Shown here: positions 1 to 10,228 of the stretch, piece by piece
How the letters are laid out: every line of letters begins with the position of its first letter
How positions within the stretch are numbered: position 1 is the first letter of the stretch
From: Candidatus Latescibacterota bacterium
Lineage (GTDB): Bacteria; Latescibacterota; UBA2968
DNA: 64,000 bases
Reading direction: 5' to 3'
Assembly (NCBI GenBank): GCA_965116885.1
Contig: OZ220741.1
Coordinates: 3,232,001 to 3,296,000 of the forward strand
The notes under the pieces: generated by a model
Database searches by the model: none
Seen by the model: the letters and a program-made list of their open reading frames with translations, nothing else
Told to the model about the DNA's origin: nothing
Position numbers and translations under genes: made by a program

Positions 1-83
1 TGTACATTATTATCTACTTTGTTTGGCATACAAAACACAACTTTTTAATTTTAAGTATCTACTTGATGTTGTTCTGCATTGCA

Positions 84-1166
84 TCAATTACCGGGTAGTT
101 CGGCAATGTACTGGTAATTGGGGTCACGCGCCTGTCTGTCCAAAATCTCGGCAATCTGTTTCCACGTTTCGCGCAAGCCGCGGGGACAGTGGGGCATCTC
201 GTGTTTGATTAACCTGTGTAACCGACCGAGTTTGTAGCACGGAACCGCAGCATACATGTGGTGCTCGGTATGGTAGTTCATATGCCAGTAGAGAAATTGG
301 AGCAGGGGATTGAGGTATATTGTGCGGCAGCAGAGGCGAAAATCCGGCACCTTGTCTTGCAGTCCAACATGCTGTGCGGAGTTGCAGAGGGATTGCAACC
401 ACGATCCGAACATTTTGGGAAATGTGATGACCAGCGGGACAATCCAGTACCCATACGCCAAAGATACACCTGCGATCAAGAGGTGGCCGATGAGCAACGT
501 GCGCTCCCACCTGGTGTAAGCGCGACACCGCTCTGGATCGCTTTCGGGAAAGAGCATTCCAATCCAGGAATTTTTCCTGTTGATATAGCCGGTAAAGTTT
601 CGAAACCTCTCTTTGAGCAATGTGTAGGGATACTTGTGGTTTACAATGGCCCGCTTCCACAGACCTTTGAGGTCGATTTTTTGAGGGAGTACGACTTCCT
701 GGTCGTCGGGCGCGTGCAGAGTGTATTTGTGGTGCTCGGTATGGCTGGCCCAGAATAGATGGTGGTTGTGCCAGCCGAGGAAGGATAAAATGCGGAGGAA
801 GAAGCGATTGAGCCATCGGGTCTTGAAGACCGAATCGTGTACCAGTTCGTGAAAGCCGTTGACCAAAAAATGCCAGAAGTGCCCGTTGATGAAGATCAGT
901 AGCGCCGTGATATACCAGGGCCAGTGGCGCGATGAGTAAATGGCCGCCCCCGCAGCAACAGTTAGCACGCCCAAGAAACCGAGTGTCTGAGCAAAGCCGA
1001 GGAAATCACTCCGCTTGTTGAGTTCGCGCAATGTCTCGCGGGGGACGCGACAGCGGTACCATTTGATGCGCGTCTTTCTGGAAGGTTTATTGTATTTTGG
1101 ACCTTCTGTCAATACATCTCGATCAGAGAGCGCGTTTTGGTCGGTATTTTTAGTTTGTGTGTTCAT
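84..1166 (-). CDS. Membrane fatty-acid-desaturase-family di-iron protein (MocD-like)
   Basis: His boxes HELVH, HTEHH and HTEHH plus TM helices. ATG at 1166 chosen over TTG at 1187. Confidence 0.85.
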   Translation of the reverse strand: MNTQTKNTDQNALSDRDVLTEGPKYNKPSRKTRIKWYRCRVPRETLRELNKRSDFLGFAQTLGFLGVLTVAAGAAIYSSRHWPWYITALLIFINGHFWHFLVNGFHELVHDSVFKTRWLNRFFLRILSFLGWHNHHLFWASHTEHHKYTLHAPDDQEVVLPQKIDLKGLWKRAIVNHKYPYTLLKERFRNFTGYINRKNSWIGMLFPESDPERCRAYTRWERTLLIGHLLIAGVSLAYGYWIVPLVITFPKMFGSWLQSLCNSAQHVGLQDKVPDFRLCCRTIYLNPLLQFLYWHMNYHTEHHMYAAVPCYKLGRLHRLIKHEMPHCPRGLRETWKQIAEILDRQARDPNYQYIAELPGN

Positions 1167-1260
1167 GTCCGTGATTCGCCCATTCAAAGTTTAAAATCAG
1201 CGACCAAGATACGCGAATCTACCCGTGCGTCAAGTGGGTTCGCAGTACCTCTCTGCCTTG

Positions 1261-2427
1261 CTACCCACTTGTTCTACCAAAATTTGTGGTAAATATCAAA
1301 AAGTCGGCAAAATCCACGTCGCCATCCTGATCCAAATCACCTATTAAACCGCTTGGCGTACCACTCCCGCCTCCACCAGATGGGATTTCAGAGGACCACC
1401 GAAGGATCTGATTTTGTCCTCGGGTCTCTGCGACTCCGTTGCCCACACTATCTACATGAGCCAGGAATTTGCCGCCTTCAATTCCCAATACGCCGTTGCC
1501 CGCATCATCGGCTGCCATAGCTGCAATGGGGCGTCCGGAGGCGTTGAGAATGCCCATTACACCGTGCCCATTTTCATCGACGCCCAATACGGAAGTCAAA
1601 ACGCCCTCTCTATTTCTCACCAATACTGCTGCATCGCCAGCTGCATCAACCCCAAGACCAACTATTGAGCCTGCGGCACTGACGGCACCGACTGAGCCAT
1701 TGCCAGCTTCATCTAAACCCAAAATAGCCGCACCTGCACCCGTTTCGGAGCTACTGCCTACGATCAGTCCCGCATTTCCAGCCTGATCGGAACTGAGAAC
1801 CACAAAGCTCGAACCCGATGCATTTGATGAAGCTACCAAACCATTGCCAGCTTGATCCGCGCCCATCCCCGCAACAGAGGTATTATTTTCTATCACGCTA
1901 ATATCGCCATTGCCAGCTTGATCAACCGATATAGCTGCCACTGCCTCACTTGCTGCGTTCCCTACGAGCAAAATACCATCTCCTACGTTATCCGATCCGA
2001 TTATGGCGACGACTCCCCCCGCTGCATTTACAATCTGCAGTGTGCTTGCCTGTAGTGTTTGTACCCGCAATGTGTCGGATAAAATCTGCTGTAATCCTGC
2101 TTGCGCTTGCTTGCCCAATCGCGGTATCCCATTATCGTGCGAGAGAATATTATTGATAAATTCTGTCTTATCTCTACCCGGACCAAGCTCTGGTGCCTGT
2201 ATCCGGCGCGCCTGAATTTCTTCCCGATGCGACGCAATATTGCGAAAATCACCATCCACATTTACAGAGGTCAATTTGGGAGGGAGTAGCCTGTGAAACT
2301 ACTTTGACGTAAAAGCGGGCGATGTGTTGAAAAGGAATACAATGATCAATCCAATAATCGCCCGCATTTGCCAGCGCACTCTTTTTTCCAGTGTTTCTAC
2401 CTTTTTTTCTACGATTTCCCTATTCAT
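1261..2427 (-). pseudogene. Membrane-anchored/secreted DxAGNG-repeat protein with C-terminal EF-hand/dockerin-like motif, interrupted by an in-frame TAG at 2299-2301
   Basis: ORFs 2299..2487 and 1261..2274 share a frame and are separated by one TAG plus 8 sense codons. ATG at 2427 has an AAGGAG RBS and encodes an N-terminal hydrophobic segment. C-terminus GDLDQDGDVDFADFLIFTTNFG. Confidence 0.7.
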
Positions 2428-2596
2428 TCTATCTCCTTGAATTGGTGGCTGTGTCGTTTTCTTTAATATAAAACAATTGACAAGCAATAATTACTTAATC
2501 CGAGATAAGCACCCATGGGTTCCCCTTGCTTTGATAAAATGAAACGGCTATTATGGACCACCCCACCGCCAATGTAGAGAATGGAGGCGCACAGCG

Positions 2597-3997
2597 ATGA
2601 ATTTGCCAGATCCACTTATCGCATCCAATGACCGCCAACTCTTTGTCGATAACCATCTCATCGACAGCATCGAACATGTGCGTATTCACCAGCACGCGCC
2701 CATCCCGCGCGAAACGTGTCTCGCTCTCAATCGTCCCTGGGAAGGTGAGACGAGTTGGTGTCCCGTTGTTATCAAAGATGGCGATAAATACAGAATGTGG
2801 TACCGATCGCAAGATGAACAACAAGACACAGGTGGTTTTAACCATACGTTCACTGCTTATGCCGAGAGCGAAGACGGCATTTGTTGGCAACGGCCTAACC
2901 TCGGTTTGTTCGACTTTAACGGTTCAACCGATAACAATATCTGCGTTGACAATCCCAATACAAAAAATATCGCGGTTTTTAAGGATAAACGTCCCGGTGT
3001 GCCAGAATCCGAGCGGTACAAAGCAGCGGGACGCTGGAGCGGTGGCAAGCCCGCTCGGATCTACGGTCTCGTCTCATCCGATGGCATTCACTGGCAAAAC
3101 GCAGGAGATGGGCCACTTATCGTCGCCTCTGAAGACGATCCCAATTTTGACAGTCCAGTCAGTGCTTTTTGGGATGTGCGTCAGGGGTGTTATGTCCTGT
3201 ACGCGCGTGGCTGGTTTCCCGATGGGAATGAACCGCGAATGCGCGCCATTCGAATGACTACTTCGCCGGATTTCATACATTGGGACCCATGGCAATACAT
3301 TCGCATTGACGGCAAAACGCGCTTTGATTATCAACTTTATACAAATGCCGTTCATCCCTACGAACGGGCGCCCTATTATTTCGCATTCCCCAAACGCTTT
3401 ATTCCAACGCGCAGGGCCAAGCCCGAGTGGGGTCACGAAGGTCTTTCCGATGTCCTCTTTCTCGCCAGTAGAGATGGTCTGAATTTCACACAGCCTTATG
3501 CCGATGCGTTTATGCGTCCCGGTCTGGATCAAAATAACTGGCACGAGCGCTCTGTTTTTATCGGACCGCGTGCTGTGTCCACCGCGCCCGGCGAACTCTC
3601 ACTTTATTCCGTGCAAAATTATCGCACGTCCAATGCACACATTCGGCGTTTCACTCTGCGCGAAGATGGGTTTGTTTCTGTTCGCGCTGATGCGAGGATT
3701 GGGATTCTTACGACCAGACCGTTTACTTTTACTGGTACCCAATTGGAAATCAATTATTCTACGAGTGTTGCCGGATCAATTCGCGTCGCATTGCTCGACA
3801 AAGCGGGTGATAATCTTTCAAAATTTGCGCTCGACAATTGTCCCCACATTTTTGGCGATGAAATCGCGCGCATCGTTCGCTGGGAAAATGTCAATGCTAT
3901 CGATGTCGCTCCGAACCAACCCATTCGCTTGCAATTTGAGCTAACTGAGGCAGACCTCTTTTCTTTTAGATTTTTCAGTCCCGGAGAAATATCATGA
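2597..3997 (+). CDS. Hypothetical protein, probable five-bladed beta-propeller glycoside-hydrolase-like
   Basis: 466 aa with GGAGG RBS. Repeated SxDGxxW/F Asp-box-like motifs, RQLFVD N-terminus and LRxDGFVS C-terminal motif. Confidence 0.6.
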   Translation: MNLPDPLIASNDRQLFVDNHLIDSIEHVRIHQHAPIPRETCLALNRPWEGETSWCPVVIKDGDKYRMWYRSQDEQQDTGGFNHTFTAYAESEDGICWQRPNLGLFDFNGSTDNNICVDNPNTKNIAVFKDKRPGVPESERYKAAGRWSGGKPARIYGLVSSDGIHWQNAGDGPLIVASEDDPNFDSPVSAFWDVRQGCYVLYARGWFPDGNEPRMRAIRMTTSPDFIHWDPWQYIRIDGKTRFDYQLYTNAVHPYERAPYYFAFPKRFIPTRRAKPEWGHEGLSDVLFLASRDGLNFTQPYADAFMRPGLDQNNWHERSVFIGPRAVSTAPGELSLYSVQNYRTSNAHIRRFTLREDGFVSVRADARIGILTTRPFTFTGTQLEINYSTSVAGSIRVALLDKAGDNLSKFALDNCPHIFGDEIARIVRWENVNAIDVAPNQPIRLQFELTEADLFSFRFFSPGEIS

Positions 3998-5139
3998 AAA
4001 TCGCCAAAATCGAACAATTCTTTCCCCGTCGGAGAATGCGCTTGATTAAAATTACGACCGATACGGGTATTGTCGGCTGGGGGGAGACCACCCTTGAGGG
4101 CAAACCCAGGAGTACCTGGGCTGCCGTAGAAGAACTCGCGGATTATCTCACTGGGAAAGATCCCTTGCGGATTGAGCACCACTGGCAACATATTTACCGC
4201 TCCGCTTTTTATCGCGGGGGCAATGTGCTTATGACCGCTCTTTCGGGTATTGATCAAGCGCTTTGGGATATTGCGGGTAAGTACTTCAATGTGCCGACCT
4301 ATCAGCTTCTCGGTGGACCGGTGCGTGACCGCATTCGCGTTTATGCCCATTGGGGGATTCGCGATAGTTCAGAACGCGCTTTGGATGCCGCGCGTGAGCG
4401 TCTCGACATGCTGCAAGAAAAGGGTGGATATAAAGCTTTTAAATCGGGACCTGGTGGCAAGTGGCGTGCCCACGAACCCCCTGCGGTGATCGACCGCTTT
4501 GTCAAATGTGCCTATACTATGCGCGAGTGGGTTGGTGACGATTGTGAACTCTGTTTTGATTTTCACGGCAAGATGACGCCTGCGCTTGCCGTGGAAATTT
4601 GCCATGAAATCAAAGGCATGCGGCCCATGTTTGTCGAGGAACCCGTGCCACAGGAAAATGTCGATGCGCTCAAACACGTTTCCGACCATGTGCCCTTTCC
4701 CATTGCTACGGGTGAACGCCTGCTTTCACGCTGGGAGTTTCGCACTGTTTTTGAGAAAAATGCCGTTGCCTATATCCAGCCCGATGGCTCGCATGCGGGC
4801 GGTATTTCCGAACTCAAACGCATTGCGAACATGGCAGAAGTGTATTATATGCATATTATGCCGCATTGCGCTATTGGACCAGTTGCGTTCTCGGCCTGTA
4901 TGCAGGTTGATGCCGTTGTGCCCAATTTTCTCATTCAAGAGCAAGTCGATGCTGGTCTGGGTGAGGATCTTTTGCAAGACCCCTGGGTTGTCAGGGATGG
5001 ACATATTGATTTGCCCGCCAGGCCCGGCCTGGGCTTTGATCTTATTGCCAAAGAAGCCGAACGGAATATCGGGGTGTACGAAGAAGAACTCGGCGGAGAA
5101 TATTTTTACGAAAACGATGGCAGTGTTGCGGATTGGTAG
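3994..5139 (+). CDS. dgoD: Galactonate dehydratase-like mandelate racemase/MLE enolase family protein
   Basis: GWGE, SGIDQALWDIAGK, DFHG, EEP, ATGER, QPD and PGLG motifs; C-terminal DGSVADW. Confidence 0.8.
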   Translation: MKIAKIEQFFPRRRMRLIKITTDTGIVGWGETTLEGKPRSTWAAVEELADYLTGKDPLRIEHHWQHIYRSAFYRGGNVLMTALSGIDQALWDIAGKYFNVPTYQLLGGPVRDRIRVYAHWGIRDSSERALDAARERLDMLQEKGGYKAFKSGPGGKWRAHEPPAVIDRFVKCAYTMREWVGDDCELCFDFHGKMTPALAVEICHEIKGMRPMFVEEPVPQENVDALKHVSDHVPFPIATGERLLSRWEFRTVFEKNAVAYIQPDGSHAGGISELKRIANMAEVYYMHIMPHCAIGPVAFSACMQVDAVVPNFLIQEQVDAGLGEDLLQDPWVVRDGHIDLPARPGLGFDLIAKEAERNIGVYEEELGGEYFYENDGSVADW

Positions 5140-5142
5140 TAT

Positions 5143-6036
5143 ATGAACGAAATAAAAGAACAACCCGACAAAATGGGCAAGGCGTTTCTCGATCTCGTCA
5201 GTCGAGGGGAAACGCGCTGGAAAAGGTATATTTTAACGTTGCTGATCATTATTGCTACCTGGACTTTGGGCAGTGGTACAGTCCTGCTTGCTGTTTATGG
5301 CCCCGAACCCGAAGGTTCCCCCATGGATGGTACAAGTCCTTTTCTGGATTTTATTGCCCTTAACTTGCTCTTTGTCACGGTGCTGATCGGCCTGTGGATT
5401 GGTATTTGCAACGCACACAAACGCTCTTTACTCACGCTTATTACGCCACGCGATGATATCCGCTGGGGCCGCATATTGCAGGGCTTTGGTTTGCAAATGG
5501 GTCTGGGTATTGTTTTCGCAGCTATTGATGCTCTGCTTTTTCCCGATAACTACACTTATACCCTGGATCCCGAACGCTTTTACAAATTTGCCATTCTCGT
5601 CCTGCTCCTTACGCCTTTTCAGGCCACTACCGAAGAATTGCTCACGCGCAGTTACTTCTTGCAAATGCTCGGTCACTTCACGCGACACCCCATTGTTCTC
5701 ATTGTTCTCAATGCCCTGCCCTTTGCTTTGTTTCATTTAATGAATCCCGAGATCGCAGCGTATGGCGTAGTGCCCATGTTGATTTCCTACTTTGTCGTCG
5801 GTGCATTTCTCGCCCTTGTCACGCTCAAAGATAACGGAGCGGAACTCGCTATTGGCATTCATGCCGCGAATAACATGTTTGCTGCGGTCCTCGTCAATTA
5901 CAAAGACTCCGCGCTATCTACCAATGCCATTTTTACGATAAATGAGGTCAATGTTTGGTCAGGCACTGTTGCCTACATCATCTCCGCAGCTATTATGTAT
6001 TGGATATTGTTCCGCAGTAAACGACCAGTCCCTTGA
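5143..6036 (+). CDS. CPBP (CAAX/Abi) family intramembrane glutamic endopeptidase
   Basis: EELLTR, FALFH and HAANN motifs; multiple TM helices. Confidence 0.9.
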   Translation: MNEIKEQPDKMGKAFLDLVSRGETRWKRYILTLLIIIATWTLGSGTVLLAVYGPEPEGSPMDGTSPFLDFIALNLLFVTVLIGLWIGICNAHKRSLLTLITPRDDIRWGRILQGFGLQMGLGIVFAAIDALLFPDNYTYTLDPERFYKFAILVLLLTPFQATTEELLTRSYFLQMLGHFTRHPIVLIVLNALPFALFHLMNPEIAAYGVVPMLISYFVVGAFLALVTLKDNGAELAIGIHAANNMFAAVLVNYKDSALSTNAIFTINEVNVWSGTVAYIISAAIMYWILFRSKRPVP

Positions 6037-6158
6037 TCTCTTATGAACTGCGATTTTTTGGCCAATGATTGAGTGTAGCCTGGGGTTGCCCAATACCATA
6101 GGCAACAGAGCATTTTCCCCGGTGTACCGTATATTGATTTTGTTGTCCAGACCGACAG

Positions 6159-7247
6159 ATGAAAGGGCTTGCCGTGCCTAAATTTCAAGCAAAGGCTTTG
6201 CGCCGGATTGGTTACGAACTTTTCGAAGCTGCCGGGTGTACGCCCGAGGACACGCGGACCGTCGTGGACCACCTTGTCGAGTCGAATCTCTTCGGTCACG
6301 ACTCTCACGGCGCCATCCGGTTCTACGAGTATGCTCGGGCGGTCCGGGACGGGCGGTTCCAGCCCCGGGCGGTTCCGGTGGTCGTCGAGGAGTATCCCTG
6401 CCTGGCTGTTGTGGATGCGAAGGGGGCGATGGGACAGGTGGGCGCGACCTTTGCAGCAAAGCTGGCCAGTGAGAAGGCCCGGATACACGGCGTCGGTTGC
6501 GTCGCGCTGCGGAATACCAGCCATATAGGCCGGGCTGGTGCGTATCCGCTCATGGCCGCCCGGGAAGGATTGATTGGTCTGATATTTGTGAATGCCGGGC
6601 ACCTGGGGTATCAGATCGCCCCTTTTGGGGGAATCGACGGACGCCTGAGCACCAATCCGATCGCATTTGCTGCCCCCCGACGGGAGGCAGAGCCGATTCT
6701 GGTAGATATGACGACTTCGGTGGTGGCAGAAGGGAAGGTGCGGGTGGCGATCAACAGCGGGCACCAGGTCCCCGAGGGTTGGCTGATCGATTCAGAGGGG
6801 AATCCGACCGTGGATCCGGGAGATTTTTCGGCCGATCCGCGGGGCGCAATTCTCCCTATGGGCGGCGTGGTTGCCCACAAAGGCTTTGCGTTGAGCCTGG
6901 TGGTGGAGCTTTTGGGAGGCACTCTCAGCGGGCAGGGGTGCGCTGCTGGCGAGCGCCAGATGATCAGCAACGGCGTGCTTTTGACGGTGTACGACATTGC
7001 GCACTTTACCGACCGGGAGGCCTACTACGACGAGGTGGAAGCATTGATCCGGCACGTGAAGTCGAGCCGCGTGGCCCCTGGATTTGAGGAAATCCTGCTG
7101 CCCGGAGAGCCGGAGTTCCGCAGCGCGATGCAGCGGAAGATGGAGGGGATCGAGGTGGACGATACGACCTGGTCAATGATCTGTGAGGAAGCGCGCGCCG
7201 TCGGGCTGGAACCCCAGCGATGGGAAGCCGAGCGGGGTATCGGTTGA
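6159..7247 (+). CDS. Ldh_2 family (malate/L-lactate/ureidoglycolate-type) oxidoreductase
   Basis: GHDSHG, HIGRAG, TNPIAFA, HKGFAL and LPGE motifs. The start may be GTG at 6174. Confidence 0.9.
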   Translation: MKGLAVPKFQAKALRRIGYELFEAAGCTPEDTRTVVDHLVESNLFGHDSHGAIRFYEYARAVRDGRFQPRAVPVVVEEYPCLAVVDAKGAMGQVGATFAAKLASEKARIHGVGCVALRNTSHIGRAGAYPLMAAREGLIGLIFVNAGHLGYQIAPFGGIDGRLSTNPIAFAAPRREAEPILVDMTTSVVAEGKVRVAINSGHQVPEGWLIDSEGNPTVDPGDFSADPRGAILPMGGVVAHKGFALSLVVELLGGTLSGQGCAAGERQMISNGVLLTVYDIAHFTDREAYYDEVEALIRHVKSSRVAPGFEEILLPGEPEFRSAMQRKMEGIEVDDTTWSMICEEARAVGLEPQRWEAERGIG

Positions 7248-7312
7248 GCGCGCGCTGGCTCCGGGGTCGTGTGGTTCGTACCTCGGTAGATTTGAGATGA
7301 AAGAGAGGCAAT

Positions 7313-8662
7313 ATGGCAAATTCAATAGAAATCGGCATTGCCCGCACCGATATCACCCCTGCGGTTGGCATACCCATGGTCGGTTTTGCGGGACGAGGAC
7401 CTTCGACGCGTGTAAATGATCCGTTATATGCCACGGCTATGGCTGTTTCCTGCGCGGGGGAGCAAGCCGTATTGATCACTCTGGATCTTCTCCAGTTTAA
7501 GGCGGAAACGGTCGCCGAGTTTCGCGCACTCATCCAGGCTGCGTCGGGGATTCCCGCTGATCGGATTACTCTGGCGTGCAGTCATACTCATTACGGGCCT
7601 GATGTCGATCGCGCAGGTAAGCAATCCTCGTCGTCGGGTCCGGGACCGGCTGAAGCCTCCGAGTTGGTTGATGCCTATCGGACTCATCTCGGATTCAAAA
7701 TGTCGGGCCTGGTGCAGGAGGCACAACAAAATTTGAGGCCAGCGCGAATGGGTATCGGCTGGGGCAGTTCCGATATCGGTATTAATCGCAGGGAGAAGAC
7801 CCCTGATGGGCGGATTATTCTCGGCAACAACTACGACGGGCCTGTTGATCGCGAGGTCGGTGTGGCGCGGATTGAAGATATAGAGGGAAATCCCATCGCC
7901 TGTCTGGTCAATTTTGCGACACATCCCGTTGCACAGACTTCTCAGCAGCGCGCCATTTCCGCCGGGTTTCCCGGAAAGATGACTCAGGTGGTAGAAGGTC
8001 TTACGGGCGCGTATTGTCTCTTTCTACAGGGGGCAGCTGGAAATATCAATCCGGCTTTGGGATTCCGCCGGCCTGATCATCGGCCCGAGGATCTTCACAA
8101 ACCAGCGGATAGTCTGGGCATTCGACTGGGCTGCGAAGTGGTGCGCGTGTGGGAAACCATCAGCGTTGGCGAGGCGCAAGGCTTGAATTTCGCTTCAAAG
8201 ACCATAAGCCTGCCGCGCTACATGTACGGCGACTTAGAAAGCGCGAAACAGCTCGATGGAGAATTTGCCCAGGAGTTGGAGTCGAGAAATCTCTCCGATG
8301 GACGGCGACATTGGGCCGCGCTCAGGCAAAGTCGGGTGCGGGAAGCGATTGGTAGCTATGAGACGGGTGTTCCTCTCGATCCCGTTGAGGCAGAATTACA
8401 GGCATGGCGAATTGGTGATCTCGCCTTTGTGACTGCACCGGCAGAGATTTTTACCGAAAACGGCACGCTTGTGAAAAATCAATCGCCTTTTGATCACACT
8501 TTCTTCGTGGGCTATACCAATGGCTCCATCGGGTATGTTCCTACAGTGGAAGCCTATCCAGAAGGGGGCTACGAAGTCACCCACGCCTGCCAGGTTGATC
8601 CAGAAGCTGGCGGTATGGTCAATGAGAATTGTCTGGCACTGCTCCAGCAGGTGAAGGCATAG
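7313..8662 (+). CDS. Neutral/alkaline ceramidase N-terminal-domain family hydrolase
   Basis: DITP, DPLYA, SHTHYGP, NFATHP, QGAAGNINP and GYVPT..AY.EGGYE motifs. Confidence 0.75.
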   Translation: MANSIEIGIARTDITPAVGIPMVGFAGRGPSTRVNDPLYATAMAVSCAGEQAVLITLDLLQFKAETVAEFRALIQAASGIPADRITLACSHTHYGPDVDRAGKQSSSSGPGPAEASELVDAYRTHLGFKMSGLVQEAQQNLRPARMGIGWGSSDIGINRREKTPDGRIILGNNYDGPVDREVGVARIEDIEGNPIACLVNFATHPVAQTSQQRAISAGFPGKMTQVVEGLTGAYCLFLQGAAGNINPALGFRRPDHRPEDLHKPADSLGIRLGCEVVRVWETISVGEAQGLNFASKTISLPRYMYGDLESAKQLDGEFAQELESRNLSDGRRHWAALRQSRVREAIGSYETGVPLDPVEAELQAWRIGDLAFVTAPAEIFTENGTLVKNQSPFDHTFFVGYTNGSIGYVPTVEAYPEGGYEVTHACQVDPEAGGMVNENCLALLQQVKA

Positions 8663-8676
8663 CAAAGGGGATTCAT

Positions 8677-10149
8677 ATGTCAGATAGACCTAATGTTCTG
8701 GTGATCATGTCCGATCAGCACAGCAAATTTCACATCGGGTGTTATGGCGATCAGATTGTGCGAACACCACATTTAGATCAGATGGCAGCCGAAGGAATGC
8801 GCTTTACAAACGCTTATTGTCCGGCTCCGCTTTGCGTTCCCAGTCGGATGGCCTTCATGACGGCCCGACGACCCTCCGCCAATCGCGTCTGGACGAACAG
8901 CCATATTCTGTCATCGGCTATTCCCACCTGGGCTCATGCGATGGGTGTTGCCGAATATGAAACTTCTCTGATTGGACGTATGCACTTTGTTGGCTCGGAC
9001 CACCGCCACGGCTTTGAGCACCGTCCCATTGGCGAATACAGCGCACATCATCCCGGTGTTTCCTTGCAGGGTGCTCTCCGGTTTCGCAAAATGCCCCTGG
9101 GAGTAGCTGGGCAGAGCCGCGTAAGTGTAGAATATGCCGGTTATGGTCTATGTACCTATCAAGCCTATGATGACATGGTCGTCGAACGCGCCCTGGAATA
9201 TCTGGATGAAAAAGCACGGGCGCAGAATGATCGTCCTTTTGCCGCAGTGGCTGGCTTCGTCCTTCCGCACTGTCCCTATATCGCGGCCACAAAGGAACTC
9301 TTTGAATATTATTACGACCGGGTAGATGTTCCACAGCCAACGCCCGAAGAGACCCAAAGGGCACCGGCGGCTATCCGCAAACTCAAACGCCTGCGCGATC
9401 TGGACAGACCACTTCCCAAAGAACGCATTCGCGTGGCCCGGGCAGCCTATTTTGCTATGTGCGAGTACTTTGACAGCATCGTCGGCCAAATGCTCCAGAA
9501 GCTGGATGAGACGGGGCTGGCCGAAAACACGCTGGTCATCTACTGTTCTGACCACGGCGAAATGGCCGGAGAACACGGACTGTGGTCCAAAAGCAATTAC
9601 TACGAAGCATCAGTTTCAGTGCCCCTCATTGCCCGTTTGCCCGGAGTCATCCCAATGGGGGGAATCAGCGATAGCATCTGCAACCTCATGGATATTGGAC
9701 CGACCCTGATCGAGATGGCCGACGCCTCTCCCTTGCCTGCTACCGATGGACGTTCGCTGTGGCCCCAGATGTGCGGAGAAAACGATCCGAACTGGCCTGA
9801 CGAAACGTTCAGCGAGCATCTTTGGGAAGCCAACGAAGTGCCTTCCCGCATGATCCGCAAGGGACCGTGGAAGCTCTATAAATACAACGAACCCACTCCT
9901 CCAGCGCTCTTTAACCTGGAAGAAGACCCCGGAGAACTCAATGATCTGGGTCTGGACACGCGGCACCAGGATGTGCGAGAGAAGCTCCTGAAACGCCTCT
10001 ACAAAGATTGGGATCCCGCAGATATCATCAAACAAACAGCTATTCTGGACCGGGATTATCGCACTATTTCGGCATGGGGCCAGGCCGTCCAGCCTATACA
10101 CGAAGACACTGTAGCAGTGCCGGATGTGGAGGATATCGAACTTCGATAG
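8677..10149 (+). CDS. Sulfatase (Cys-type, choline-sulfatase-like subfamily)
   Basis: RPNVLVIMSDQH, CVPSR formylglycine motif, GRMH and SDHGEM. Confidence 0.9.
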   Translation: MSDRPNVLVIMSDQHSKFHIGCYGDQIVRTPHLDQMAAEGMRFTNAYCPAPLCVPSRMAFMTARRPSANRVWTNSHILSSAIPTWAHAMGVAEYETSLIGRMHFVGSDHRHGFEHRPIGEYSAHHPGVSLQGALRFRKMPLGVAGQSRVSVEYAGYGLCTYQAYDDMVVERALEYLDEKARAQNDRPFAAVAGFVLPHCPYIAATKELFEYYYDRVDVPQPTPEETQRAPAAIRKLKRLRDLDRPLPKERIRVARAAYFAMCEYFDSIVGQMLQKLDETGLAENTLVIYCSDHGEMAGEHGLWSKSNYYEASVSVPLIARLPGVIPMGGISDSICNLMDIGPTLIEMADASPLPATDGRSLWPQMCGENDPNWPDETFSEHLWEANEVPSRMIRKGPWKLYKYNEPTPPALFNLEEDPGELNDLGLDTRHQDVREKLLKRLYKDWDPADIIKQTAILDRDYRTISAWGQAVQPIHEDTVAVPDVEDIELR

Positions 10150-10228
10150 AAGGTGAGTTTATTCGCAGAAAACGCAATTCGATTTTGTGGGAGTTAAGCG
10201 GAATAGCCTGAGGCGGTAATTATCTTTC

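Noticed and set aside
2299..2301. Pyrrolysine or genome-wide TAG recoding
   Set aside because: Many conserved genes in the window end at TAG at their expected C-termini, and no pyl genes are present.
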